Positions 19,609 to 29,775 of a stretch of 64,000 nt of DNA are shown here, in pieces (the stretch's first letter is position 1; the number at the start of each line of letters is the position of its first letter). The stretch spans positions 5,315 to 69,314 of the forward strand of contig MESW01000002.1 in NCBI GenBank assembly GCA_001771135.1, in the 5' to 3' direction. The notes beneath the pieces were generated by a model. It saw nothing but the letters and a program-made list of their open reading frames with translations. It searched no databases and was not told where the DNA came from. The position numbers and the translations under genes are program-made. The stretch comes from a candidate division CPR3 bacterium GWF2_35_18 (GTDB taxonomy: Bacteria > Patescibacteriota > CPR3 > GWF2-35-18).

Positions 19609-20835
19609 ATGGAAGTTCAAGATCCTATTCCTACAACAGAAGAAACTAAATTACCGCAGAAAGTTCACTCAAAAATTCCTTTAATTTTAATTATTGTCGG
19701 AGTCGTTGTCAGTATGATCGGCATATATCTTATTGCAGTAAATAGTAATAAAGATAATGACGATAATGCTAATTTTCAGAATAATGAATCTCAAACGGTT
19801 TCGAATATAGTGGCAATTCCGGAGAAAGTTTTGAATAATAAATTCGGTTTTCTATCAGGGGGAGAAGAAGAAAATCCTTTTGTGAGTAATACTGGAGGTG
19901 CTTGGGTTCGTCCTCATCCAGGTCCATTTCTGTGGGACGATATGCAGACAGGTAAAAACGAAGAAATTTCTTTTGTAAAGACTGATAAAATTGTGAAAGC
20001 GCAACAAAATCAGGCTTACGGAACCTTGGTTACCATTTGGCCTTTTGCGGAATGGGATCAGCTAAATAACTTAGATGCAGATAGATGTCAGGTAAATAGT
20101 GAAGACGAATTTTTACCGCAAAATGATCAAAAAGGCCACAGTGATTATCTGCCTCTTCATCGATGTAATCCACATAACTGGGAGAGCTACGAAACCTGGA
20201 TTGCCGCTGTGGTCGAGCGTTATGATGGGGATGGTAATGATGATATGCCGGGATTAACAATTCCCATTAAATACTGGGAAATTATGAATGAGCCAGATCT
20301 TTCTTATCAGAATGCCGATCCTTTCTTGGTCTTTTATAAAGAGGGTCCAGAAGAATATGCCACTTTGTTAATTAATACCGCGAGAGTAATTCGCGAGACT
20401 GATTCGGAAGCGCAGATATTAATCGCTGGTGCGGCCGGGGGTGATGAGCGTTTCTTAAATTTTTACAGATTGGTTTTTACTAATACTGCAGCTTTACAAT
20501 CTTTTGATATTGGGAATGTTCATTGTATCAGCAACGATCGAGAGACTCATGATTTCAATGTGGGAGAGTATAAGAAAATGTTATTGAGTTTCAGTCTGGA
20601 TAATCCTATTTGGGTCACAGAGGCAGAAGCATTTTATGGTCAGAACGCAGAAGAAAACTATGAATTTACCAAAAGAAGTACAGAAGGCGCTATCGCAGCA
20701 CAAGCAGAGAAGATTTTTTACACTCGGTATGACTTTGACGACTTTCGAAAAGATATGTCAGTAGCAAATGAGGTTCAGGCAGAATCAATAGAAGACAGCA
20801 CGAATAAGTATCGAACAATTATCGGTGATTTTTAG
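19609..20835 (+). CDS. Membrane-anchored GH39-like/clan-A glycoside hydrolase
   Basis: VVERYDGDG, YWEIMNEPD and PIWVTE motifs. Confidence 0.78.
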   Translation: MEVQDPIPTTEETKLPQKVHSKIPLILIIVGVVVSMIGIYLIAVNSNKDNDDNANFQNNESQTVSNIVAIPEKVLNNKFGFLSGGEEENPFVSNTGGAWVRPHPGPFLWDDMQTGKNEEISFVKTDKIVKAQQNQAYGTLVTIWPFAEWDQLNNLDADRCQVNSEDEFLPQNDQKGHSDYLPLHRCNPHNWESYETWIAAVVERYDGDGNDDMPGLTIPIKYWEIMNEPDLSYQNADPFLVFYKEGPEEYATLLINTARVIRETDSEAQILIAGAAGGDERFLNFYRLVFTNTAALQSFDIGNVHCISNDRETHDFNVGEYKKMLLSFSLDNPIWVTEAEAFYGQNAEENYEFTKRSTEGAIAAQAEKIFYTRYDFDDFRKDMSVANEVQAESIEDSTNKYRTIIGDF

Positions 20836-21020
20836 ATTGTAAAGATCAACAATTGTTTTTACAATAGACATTTCTAGTTCAGAGTCTTCAGTTTTTGAAG
20901 AAACAGACTTTTCCTTTTTTTAAGCATAACAAATAGAAAATTAGTAATAAAAATTAAAATTTGAAAGAAAAAAGTATTTACACTTGTAATAAAAATAGAG
21001 AGATTAAAGGAAGGAGGACG

Positions 21021-21104
21021 ATGATGGAAAATAACATCTATACCATCAAGACTCAGCTTTTAAGGAAACAGCTTATACATCACTTTAAGACTAGGCGGAC
21101 CTAA
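21021..21104 (+). CDS. 27-aa basic small ORF
   Basis: AAGGAGG RBS; MMENNIYTIKTQLLRKQLIHHFKTRRT; followed by its own terminator. Confidence 0.45.
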   Translation: MMENNIYTIKTQLLRKQLIHHFKTRRT

Positions 21105-21125
21105 TAAAATATAAAACGGCTCTTT

Positions 21126-21164
21126 GAAAAAAAGAAGGAGGCTTATAGCCTCCTTCTTTTTTTC
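21126..21164 (+). terminator. Bidirectional intrinsic terminator
   Basis: GAAAAAAAGAAGGAGGCT-tat-AGCCTCCTTCTTTTTTTC perfect stem. Confidence 0.85.
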
Positions 21165-21232
21165 TTTGTTTGCATTTAAATATCAAGAAATATACAATAC
21201 TAGGTAATAGTTTATTTATTTAAGGATGCGTT

Positions 21233-21688
21233 ATGAATGACAACTCGAATCAAATAAGAATTTTAATTATTGAAGACGAAAACTTCTTTTTAAAACCGCT
21301 TTCCAATGCTTTTAAAAAAGAAGGGTTTAAAGTTTCCGAAGCCATGAATGGAGATGCCGGATTAAAGAAAGCAAAGCATGAAAAACCAGATCTGATTTTC
21401 CTGGATATTATTATGCCGGGTATGGATGGATTAGATGTGCTGATTAACATGCGCCAGAATAAAGGTTCTAAGAATACTCCAGTGGTCATTTTAACCAGTG
21501 TTGAACACAGCATGCGAGAATCAGAAATTGATGTCGACAAAGCTTGTATTCGCATTTTAAAGATTAATGCCGAGATTTCTCAATTAGTCGAATTCATGAA
21601 GCTTTTCCGTGATAAATACTCTCAAAATCAAGAAAAGAATGTCAAAAAGTTTTTAGAGGGATTAAAAAAAGAAGTGAGAATCAAGTAA
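21233..21688 (+). CDS. Stand-alone response regulator receiver protein
   Basis: ILIIEDE, PDLIFLDIIMPGMDG and PVVILT motifs. Confidence 0.9.
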   Translation: MNDNSNQIRILIIEDENFFLKPLSNAFKKEGFKVSEAMNGDAGLKKAKHEKPDLIFLDIIMPGMDGLDVLINMRQNKGSKNTPVVILTSVEHSMRESEIDVDKACIRILKINAEISQLVEFMKLFRDKYSQNQEKNVKKFLEGLKKEVRIK

Positions 21689-22487
21689 TCGATTTTTGTG
21701 GTAAAGGTATTAAAATACTCGTTGTTTTCTTATATCTTTGATATTCTAGATTATCTTTGTATATATTATTGTATCTTTTTTCTAAAGGCGGAATTCCGCT
21801 TACAAATATTAGTAAGAAAGTAATATATAGAGGACCAATTACTCCTAAATATGTTAAGCCAGATAAAAGGTTTATGGTATAAATAAAAACTCCCCACCAA
21901 ATTATGATTTCCCCAAAATAATTAGGATGTCTTGAGTATTTCCAGAGTCCAGTTTTAATCCATTTTCCTTTGTTCTTTAATTCATTTTTGAAAACATATT
22001 TTTGATAATCAGCTACTGATTCAATTATTATCCCTATCGTAAAGAGCAAGATCCCTAATAGATTATTTATATTAAGATAATAGTTTTCAGATTCCACACT
22101 TAAACTTATAAAGATACTAGTAGGAATCATAATTATCCAAATAGATAATCCTTGTAATATCCAAAATTGGAGGAATTTTTTGAAGTTTTCTCGCACACCA
22201 TCAAAACGGGTATCCTTTTTAATTTTTAAAATTCTAATAAAAAGATAACTTACTAAACGAATACCCCAAATAATAACACAGATAGCGATCAAAATTTGAG
22301 AAAGGGACGGGTTTGGATGTTTTAATAGTAGATAGATAACGAGAATTATGAATGATACTCCATAAGAAAAATCGGTGAGTTTGTCGGTTTTCATTATTGC
22401 TGCAAATATGAAAAAAAGAAATTGCAGGATTAGCGCTAATAATAGGGTAGTCATTAAATTATATGGGTCAGAAATATTTATGTTCAT
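21681..22487 (-). CDS. DUF1295 / steroid 5-alpha-reductase-like membrane protein
   Basis: ESVADYQK; GLWKYSRHPNYFGE. Confidence 0.88.
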   Translation of the reverse strand: MNINISDPYNLMTTLLLALILQFLFFIFAAIMKTDKLTDFSYGVSFIILVIYLLLKHPNPSLSQILIAICVIIWGIRLVSYLFIRILKIKKDTRFDGVRENFKKFLQFWILQGLSIWIIMIPTSIFISLSVESENYYLNINNLLGILLFTIGIIIESVADYQKYVFKNELKNKGKWIKTGLWKYSRHPNYFGEIIIWWGVFIYTINLLSGLTYLGVIGPLYITFLLIFVSGIPPLEKRYNNIYKDNLEYQRYKKTTSILIPLPQKSIT

Positions 22488-23119
22488 AATAATCCTTTCA
22501 TGTCTTCTGGTATTTCTGATGTATATTCCACCAATTCTTTTGTCATCGGATGTACAAAAGAAATTTTATAAGAGTGTAGTGCTAACCTCCGGAATTTTAG
22601 ACTAAAATCTTTACGGAAAGCATAGACACTTTCTCCAAGAATAGGATGACTAATCTCTTTAAATTGAATTCGAAGCTGATTAGTTCTTCCAGTTATCGGC
22701 TTTGCTTTAACAACCGTAAATCCAGGTCTCCTCGTTACTACTCTATATTGTGTAATCATTAATCTTTTGTAATTGTCATACTTACTTTTGCCATAACTTT
22801 TTAATACCCCATGGTCTTGACGCAATGATCCATGAATAAAGGCAAGGTATGATTTCTTCACTAGTCTCTCTTCAAACTGTTTCATAATTTCCTGTTGATT
22901 CTTTTTCCCTTTGGCAAATATAATTAATCCCGATGTCTCCCGATCGATCCGATGACAAGGGTAAGCATTTACCTCCTCGCCACGACTATTAAGTTCATCA
23001 TTAATTAAATGAGAGAGGGTGTTTGTTTCTCCTTTGGGAGTGGGAATAACCAGCATTCCACTTGGCTTATCGATCACAATTATGGATTTATCTTCAAAAA
23101 TAATGTGGTATTGCGACAT
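22484..23119 (-). CDS. RluA family pseudouridine synthase
   Basis: DKPSG, HRIDRETSG, TGRTNQLR and LALH motifs. Confidence 0.92.
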   Translation of the reverse strand: MSQYHIIFEDKSIIVIDKPSGMLVIPTPKGETNTLSHLINDELNSRGEEVNAYPCHRIDRETSGLIIFAKGKKNQQEIMKQFEERLVKKSYLAFIHGSLRQDHGVLKSYGKSKYDNYKRLMITQYRVVTRRPGFTVVKAKPITGRTNQLRIQFKEISHPILGESVYAFRKDFSLKFRRLALHSYKISFVHPMTKELVEYTSEIPEDMKGLL

Positions 23120-23270
23120 TAAAAGCTCACTTTCTTTTGTTATACCAGAATTAATCTTGGTTATACCCCAACTACAGCTATTTTAGGATAGATCAAGTTG
23201 GGTATATTTTGACAGTTTTATAGTTTCTTGGCAAGCGATTCGGACATTAAGATGTGTTAGAATATGATTT

Positions 23271-24266
23271 ATGGAAGATTTACAATTAATTCTCAAAAAG
23301 GAACCAAAATACCGTTTGAAACAGGTAAAAGAAGCTGTTTATCGTGATTTGATTGGTAATTGGGATTTTGCCCTTACTTTACCTTTGTCTCTCCGAAAAC
23401 AGTTAAACGAAAAATTACCGCTAGAAATTAAAGCCGAGATTTTTGATAGTCGAGATCAAAAAACCACCAAAGCTCTAATAGAGCTTCAGGATGGAAATAA
23501 AATTGAAACCGTTTTGATGCGGTATTCCGAAAAAAGAAATACGGTTTGTGTTTCTTCTCAGGTGGGTTGTCCGCTTTCCTGTACTTTTTGTGCTACCGGT
23601 AAAATGGGACTTATCCGAAATCTAACGGCAGATGAAATTGTAAATCAAGTTCTTCTGTTTGGGAGAATTATGAAAAAAGAAGAAGATAAGGTGACAAATA
23701 TCGTTTTTATGGGTATGGGAGAGCCATTTCTAAATTACGATGAAGTAATTAAAGCCATCAAAATTCTGCATGATCCAGAGGGTATGAATCTGGGAATTCG
23801 TCATTTTTCATTGTCGACTTCAGGAATCACCGAAGGTATTGAAAAGTTCGCGTTAGAAAAAATGGAAGTTAATTTGGCTATTTCTTTACATTCGCCGACT
23901 CAAGAACTTCGGGAAAAGCTGATGCCGATTGCAAAGAAATACCATTTAACAGAGCTTTTTAAGGCCATTCAAAGTTACCAAAAAATAACTAGACGCAAGG
24001 TGATGTTTGAATATTTAATGCTTCAAGATCTCAATGATAGTATGGATCAAGCTCTACAGCTGTCAAAATTACTACGAGGTTTGTCTTGTATGGTTAATCT
24101 GATTCCTTATAATGAAACGGGTGTATATAAAGCTTCCTCAACTCAAGCGATTAACAATTTTCGCCGAATTCTAGAAGATAATTATATTGAAGTAGCTCAA
24201 CGTTATCGTTTTGGAGAAGATATTAAGGCTGCCTGTGGACAGTTGGCAATAAGAAAAAAAGGCTAG
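23271..24266 (+). CDS. rlmN: Radical SAM rRNA/tRNA methyltransferase RlmN
   Basis: CVSSQVGCPLSCTFCATG; VFMGMGEP; AACGQL. Confidence 0.95.
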   Translation: MEDLQLILKKEPKYRLKQVKEAVYRDLIGNWDFALTLPLSLRKQLNEKLPLEIKAEIFDSRDQKTTKALIELQDGNKIETVLMRYSEKRNTVCVSSQVGCPLSCTFCATGKMGLIRNLTADEIVNQVLLFGRIMKKEEDKVTNIVFMGMGEPFLNYDEVIKAIKILHDPEGMNLGIRHFSLSTSGITEGIEKFALEKMEVNLAISLHSPTQELREKLMPIAKKYHLTELFKAIQSYQKITRRKVMFEYLMLQDLNDSMDQALQLSKLLRGLSCMVNLIPYNETGVYKASSTQAINNFRRILEDNYIEVAQRYRFGEDIKAACGQLAIRKKG

Positions 24267-24649
24267 CTGAGGTTTTTGTAGAAAAAATCTCCTTAGAGGT
24301 ACTATCTAGAAGATTGATTCTATCAATAATTTCGCAAGACTTGAATCCTTGGATATCATACCATTTATATGGTTCTTTGATGTCTTTATATGAAGAAGTA
24401 AAGACGTATTTATATCCTTTTTTTACAAGGTATTTTTCTTCAATGTACATGTGGATTATAAGTGGTTGACACTTCCAAAGAAATCAAACTTTAATACTCC
24501 AATAATCACTTTTTCTAGTTTTGCAACAATTACCTCTTTTTGGAGTATTTGAAATTTAAGAATTTTTGATTGTAGGTTTTTTGAGTCTGTAGTTTTTTGA
24601 TGCTATCGCAGTTTGTTACTCTTGAAAACCGTGTAATTACGCTTTCCAT
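24223..24649 (-). pseudogene. Degraded GNAT acetyltransferase remnant
   Basis: Fragments EVIVAKLEKVIIGVLKFD and KKGYKYVFTSS...WY..QGF..C..I..IN separated by stops and frameshifts. Confidence 0.45.
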
Positions 24650-24946
24650 GAGAGTTAATTATACTATTTTTCCTTAAAGTAAAATCGCGGCAATTTAATT
24701 AGAGAAAAAACGAAAATCGATTCGAAAAATAAGCAGAAAATAAATTCTTTTCTAAAGCATAAAAAAACTTTTTCTATCCTCAGCTTTTATGCTAGAATAC
24801 GCTCATATACGCAACTTTTTCAGAATTATACCCAAGTAATTCCAGGTTACAACTCAAGATGTTATTATTTGGGTAATACGCATCTACATTTATTGCAAAT
24901 TAGAGTAAGATGAGTATATAAGTTGACCTTTAGATAGAGGAAAAAC

Positions 24947-26155
24947 ATGTTATTTTTCAGCATGCTTATCAACGCTAAAGTAATTGATAGCACAAATCAT
25001 AAAATTGGTATACTTACTGACGTTATTGTTCCTCTCAATAATCTCTATCCCAAATTATCTGCATTCAAAGTGAAGTTAAAAAATAAAGAGAATTTAATTC
25101 TTGCTATCTCTTCAGTAGAATCAATTGGTCAGGGTGTTATTACTTTGAATGTTCGTCTTCCGAAGGAGTCAAACTATAAAATTAAATCTCAAGAAGGTTT
25201 TCTTAAAGAGCATGTTTTAGATCGGCAGCTTATCGATACAGAAGGAATCAAGATCGTAAGAGCAAATGACATTGCTTTTGGAAAGATTCATAATCAAATG
25301 GTCGTTACTAGTATTGATATTAGTGCTTCAGGAATATTTAGACGTTTAGGTCTAGGAAATATTCCCTTTATCAATAGACAGCAACCTTTACTCATTCCGT
25401 GGACAGAAGTTACTTTGATTGATTCTCCCAGTTTGCAGTTACAGATAAAAAATAATGATATGTTTATTAAGAATCTTCACCCAGCAGATATTGCGAATTT
25501 GATTGAAGATTTGAATATTAAGAGGGGGGCTGATTTTATTTCCCAGTTTGACCCTGATATTGCTGCTTATATTTTTGAAGAGATGAGTGATGAGCGTATA
25601 GAGGCTTTAATTAAACATCTTGGAGTTAAAAAAACCGGTGATATCTTGGAAAAGATGTCTCCTGATCAGGTAGCAGATATTCTGGAAAATCTTTCTAAAG
25701 ATAAAGTAAAGGAGATTATGGCGGAGTTAAAACCAGAAGAAAGTCAGGAAATTATGCATTTAATCAAATATGGAGAGAGGGAAGCCGGAGGGCTTATGAC
25801 TACTGACTTTTTCATTGCTCGACCTGATTGGACTGTAAAAAAAGTAAAGAAGGAGTTACTAAAAGGAAAAGAAGAAATTAAAAGTGTGAGTTACGTTTAC
25901 ATCACTGATGAAAGAGGTTGTTACGTCGGAGTTCTATCCTTAAGAGAATTACTTCTTTCTAAAGACGATACTAAAATTAGGAGTATTATGGTTACTAATG
26001 TATTTTCAATTCCTCCGAAAGCTTCGATTAAAGAAATTGCTCACAATTTAACTAAATACAATCTTTTCTCCATTGCCGTTACGAATAAAAATGACAAACT
26101 GTTGGGAGTAGTTATGATTGATGATATTATGCGTGAACTATTTCCGGAGGCTTAA
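24947..26155 (+). CDS. PRC-barrel + MgtE intracellular + CBS domain protein with no TM domain
   Basis: LDRQLID..G.KIVRAND, LHPADIA, AGGLMTTDF and LGVVMIDD; ends without TM helices. Confidence 0.88.
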   Translation: MLFFSMLINAKVIDSTNHKIGILTDVIVPLNNLYPKLSAFKVKLKNKENLILAISSVESIGQGVITLNVRLPKESNYKIKSQEGFLKEHVLDRQLIDTEGIKIVRANDIAFGKIHNQMVVTSIDISASGIFRRLGLGNIPFINRQQPLLIPWTEVTLIDSPSLQLQIKNNDMFIKNLHPADIANLIEDLNIKRGADFISQFDPDIAAYIFEEMSDERIEALIKHLGVKKTGDILEKMSPDQVADILENLSKDKVKEIMAELKPEESQEIMHLIKYGEREAGGLMTTDFFIARPDWTVKKVKKELLKGKEEIKSVSYVYITDERGCYVGVLSLRELLLSKDDTKIRSIMVTNVFSIPPKASIKEIAHNLTKYNLFSIAVTNKNDKLLGVVMIDDIMRELFPEA

Positions 26156-26158
26156 AGC

Positions 26159-27406
26159 ATGGCATCTTTTCAAAAAAGCTCCTCTAATTCTTGGTTTAAA
26201 AAAATAGCTATTTTTCTCTCGGTTCTTGGACCGGGAATAATCGCTGCTAATGCGGATAATGATGCCGCGGGGATTGCTACTTATACAATTTCCGGAGCTC
26301 GTTATGGTTATGGTTTATTATTTTCTTTATTTATCATAACTTTTGTTTTAGCCGTAACTCAGGAAATGGGAACTAGAATTGGAGTTGTTACCGGTAAAGG
26401 TTTGGGAGGAGTTATTAGGGAACGTTTTGGACTCAAATTGACAATGTTAGCAATGTTTTTTATGGCAATTGCTAATGCGGGAGTCATCATTGCCGATATG
26501 GCTGGAATTGCAGAATCTATGGAATTATTCGGTATTTCTAAATATATTGCGGTGCCGATTATTGTATTTATTTTGTGGCTACTTTTATATAAAGGTTCTT
26601 TCAAAAGAGCTGAAAAAATCTTTTTAGCTCTTTCAGGAATATACATTGTATATATTGTTACTGCTTTTTATACCAAACCCGATTGGGGAGAAGCTTTAAC
26701 TGCCTTAGTAAAGCCTCATTTACAATTTGACAGGCAGTATTTACTTACTCTTATTGCTTTGATTGGAACAACCGTGACCCCTTGGGGACAGTTTTTTATA
26801 CAATCATATGTTGTTGATAAAGGAATTCGCTTAAAGCATTATGCTTATGAGCGTTTAGAGATTTTTATTGGTGCTTTTATAACTGATTTTTTCAGCTTTT
26901 TTGTTATTGTAACGGCCGCAAATACTCTATTTAAAAACAATATCTTTGTAGATACAGCTTCTCAAGCAGCTTTATCTTTAACTCCTCTAGCAGGGCATTA
27001 TGCTTCAATACTTTTTGCGGTTGGATTTTTGAATGCTGGGATTATGGGGGCAAGTATCGTTACTTTAGCGACTGCTTATGCTATCTGTGAAGCTTTTGGA
27101 TTTGAATCTGGACTTGATCGTAATCGCAAAGAAGCTCCGATTTTTTATGGGATAATTATCACTTTACTTATTGGAAGTGGATTGATTGTTTTGATCCCGG
27201 GATTACCATTATTTCGTATAATGCTTTTATCTCAAGGGCTTAATGGGATGCTTTTACCGATTATTTTAATCTATGCTTATAAGATTATCAACGACAAAAA
27301 AGTTATGGGAGAGTATAAAAACAGTAGAATCGCAAACATTATTACTTTAACCGCGCTCGGATTATTGGTTTTCGCCTCAATTCTGGTGCTAATCTCGAGC
27401 TTTTAA
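26159..27406 (+). CDS. NRAMP-related divalent cation transporter (NrmT-like)
   Basis: GPGII.ANADNDAAGIATY, QEM..R.G.VTGKG and IGTTVTPWGQFF. Confidence 0.88.
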   Translation: MASFQKSSSNSWFKKIAIFLSVLGPGIIAANADNDAAGIATYTISGARYGYGLLFSLFIITFVLAVTQEMGTRIGVVTGKGLGGVIRERFGLKLTMLAMFFMAIANAGVIIADMAGIAESMELFGISKYIAVPIIVFILWLLLYKGSFKRAEKIFLALSGIYIVYIVTAFYTKPDWGEALTALVKPHLQFDRQYLLTLIALIGTTVTPWGQFFIQSYVVDKGIRLKHYAYERLEIFIGAFITDFFSFFVIVTAANTLFKNNIFVDTASQAALSLTPLAGHYASILFAVGFLNAGIMGASIVTLATAYAICEAFGFESGLDRNRKEAPIFYGIIITLLIGSGLIVLIPGLPLFRIMLLSQGLNGMLLPIILIYAYKIINDKKVMGEYKNSRIANIITLTALGLLVFASILVLISSF

Positions 27407-27407
27407 T

Positions 27408-27581
27408 TTATTTTAGGATAAAAAGTTGGAAAATAGTGACAATTCCAGCGGAAATACAGGCGAAATAGAGAATGATAGAAAGGTCGGAGACTTCTTTAAG
27501 AAGTCTTTTTTCCTGTTTAAGGTGTAGGGTGTGATGATTATGATTTCTTTTTACGGTTTTGTTTTTTACTAAATAAGTCAT
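27408..27581 (-). CDS. Possible 57-aa membrane peptide
   Basis: MTYLVKNK...HNHHTLH...SIILYFACISAGIVTIFQLFILK; no strong RBS. Confidence 0.35.
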   Translation of the reverse strand: MTYLVKNKTVKRNHNHHTLHLKQEKRLLKEVSDLSIILYFACISAGIVTIFQLFILK

Positions 27582-27694
27582 AGATAATCTTTAAAATAAG
27601 AAAATGAAACGAAGTGAGATATTATATAAAAAATTGATTAATAAAACAAGAGGGAAAGATAGTTAAAAAGTAGAATTTTGAAGTATAAATTTAA

Positions 27695-28423
27695 TCATCT
27701 ATTAGAAGAAAATCGAATAATAAAATCTATGATATCAAGATTGCATCTTATTTTTAAATCAGTTTTGGTTTTTCCTGGAATTTCAGTACAAATACTATAA
27801 GGAGTATGTTCAAGATACATCTTGTGTTCAAAAGATCCGTCTTCATGATCCATGAAAATACCTTGTGAAGCAACTTTACCGTACATTTTTTTCATATGTC
27901 GGATTGGAAAAAACTGAGATACTTTATTCACAATTTTTCGGTAAATTGCTTCATTATTTTTATTATATGCATATAGATAAAAATATTTTTCATCACAATC
28001 ATCATGTAAAGCATGAAAAAAAAATATTTTTTCGTTATACAAACTTTTTAATAAATATTTATTTTCGGTTAGTAATTTTTGGGGATTACAAAAACATCTA
28101 TTTAAATCTTTTTTCTGATAGTTATATCTACTATTGGTGTTAAACCCATACGGATTGGCTACGGGAAAGATAATTATTTTAAGATATAAGGGAAGATCAT
28201 AACGATTCAAATTATTTATAAATTGAAGAATAGTCAAAGGCCCTGATTTTTCATGACCGTGAATTCCAGAGGAGAAACATATTGTTTTTCGTGCATTGTA
28301 TCCGTTAATTACAATTTTATATAACGGGTAATTTTTGTTAACATTGCCAATTTTAAGAAAATCCAAATTTTTTTTACTACAAGCGATTTTTAATTTAGAA
28401 ATATAATGAAGGTATTCATTCAT
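27695..28423 (-). CDS. M14 metallocarboxypeptidase / AstE-AspA-like protein
   Basis: GIHGHEKSG, P.ANPYG, R.N...DLNR, LHDD and TE.P motifs. Confidence 0.82.
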   Translation of the reverse strand: MNEYLHYISKLKIACSKKNLDFLKIGNVNKNYPLYKIVINGYNARKTICFSSGIHGHEKSGPLTILQFINNLNRYDLPLYLKIIIFPVANPYGFNTNSRYNYQKKDLNRCFCNPQKLLTENKYLLKSLYNEKIFFFHALHDDCDEKYFYLYAYNKNNEAIYRKIVNKVSQFFPIRHMKKMYGKVASQGIFMDHEDGSFEHKMYLEHTPYSICTEIPGKTKTDLKIRCNLDIIDFIIRFSSNR

Positions 28424-29765
28424 GAGGGTCGGTTAATACAGAGAATAATTCTTTTTCTATCATTTCAAGACGATTTAAATCTTTTGCTAAAATCATGTAT
28501 CCAATTGTACCAATTGCTAAGAAACTTACAATGCTGGGTATAACTCCTTCACCTTTTTCTTTTGAAAATAGAAGATGTGATATTTTTTCTTTAAATACTG
28601 AGTAGTTATTAATTTCTTTTTTTACTGGAAGATTATCACGTGAGAATACTGAAATTTTATTTTGAAAATTTTTCCCAAAAAGATGAGTCGCCGTTTCAAA
28701 AATATGAGTTCCCCCAGTTCTCCGTAGATTTGATTCGACCGCGTAAACATTGTGTTTTTTGTCAATTATAAGGTCAATGTCGAAATTCCCCCTATATCCC
28801 TGTTCTATAAGTGCTTCTCCAAATCTTTTACAGCTATCAACAACACGATTAATATCAAAATTAAAATAATTTTCAATTTTTTTTGAGATAATTATTCCTT
28901 CAAAATAATTATCTTCTCTCAGTCTTTGAAGGCAATTATATTGATGTTTGAGATCTCCGTTAATTTTAAATTCAATTGAAGGGCTTCTATCATAAACTGA
29001 AGTGTTAGTTTCAATAAATTCTTCAACGACAAAATTTTCTTCAAACCACATCTTATCATTATGTTTTTCTGTTAGGTATTTTTTGAATTCAATTTCATTG
29101 TTAGGAAGGTTAGAGATATTATAAGGAACTATTCCAAATCCACTTGTTCCGCGATTATATTTAAATACAAAATTAGTATTTTTTTGATAAAACCACCAGG
29201 CAGCATCCAGTGCTTCTTTAAGGTCGTTAACAATAAATCCAGGGGGAATTTTTACAAAACTATCTTTATCAGTAGCTCTTTCCCAAAGTTCTCGAAATCC
29301 TACTTTACAGTTATAGTGGTCACGAATAAAACGATTTTTTGGAGAGATGGTTTCGGGTGTAGTAAACTGTAATTTATTTTGTTTTAATATTGTCAGGAGT
29401 TCAAAAAACTCTGAAGTGGCATAGTAGGGAATGATTTCAATATCTGGATTTTCCCTAATTATCTTTTGTATTTGATTTAATAAGGTTTTGTCATCCAGAA
29501 TATCTTTACATATAGATTCTGAATATTTATGGGGATAGAGGTTTATTATTTCATAACTTAAAATTCTACGAACATCTTCTAGAAATTCATGATTTAAAGG
29601 TAGAGAGGTGATTAAAATTTTAGAATTATTAGCATAAAAAACAGCGCGATCAGATTCTAAAATATCTGATTGTATGAGTTTTTCGGCTTCTGTCGGATCT
29701 GACTTACGGTATGTTTGGTAATATGTTTCAGCTAAGTTGGAGATAATTAATGATTTATATTGCAT
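28416..29765 (-). CDS. ATP-grasp peptide ligase, PGM1-like
   Basis: NCKVGFREL, FKYNRGTSGFG, VVEEFI, SPSIE, GYRGNFDID and VESNLRRTGGTH. Confidence 0.75.
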   Translation of the reverse strand: MQYKSLIISNLAETYYQTYRKSDPTEAEKLIQSDILESDRAVFYANNSKILITSLPLNHEFLEDVRRILSYEIINLYPHKYSESICKDILDDKTLLNQIQKIIRENPDIEIIPYYATSEFFELLTILKQNKLQFTTPETISPKNRFIRDHYNCKVGFRELWERATDKDSFVKIPPGFIVNDLKEALDAAWWFYQKNTNFVFKYNRGTSGFGIVPYNISNLPNNEIEFKKYLTEKHNDKMWFEENFVVEEFIETNTSVYDRSPSIEFKINGDLKHQYNCLQRLREDNYFEGIIISKKIENYFNFDINRVVDSCKRFGEALIEQGYRGNFDIDLIIDKKHNVYAVESNLRRTGGTHIFETATHLFGKNFQNKISVFSRDNLPVKKEINNYSVFKEKISHLLFSKEKGEGVIPSIVSFLAIGTIGYMILAKDLNRLEMIEKELFSVLTDPHE

Positions 29766-29775
29766 GAGAAAATAG

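Noticed and set aside
24780-24946. M-box or yybP-ykoY riboswitch upstream of the MgtE/NRAMP pair
   Set aside because: The conserved core sequences of either family were not found by eye
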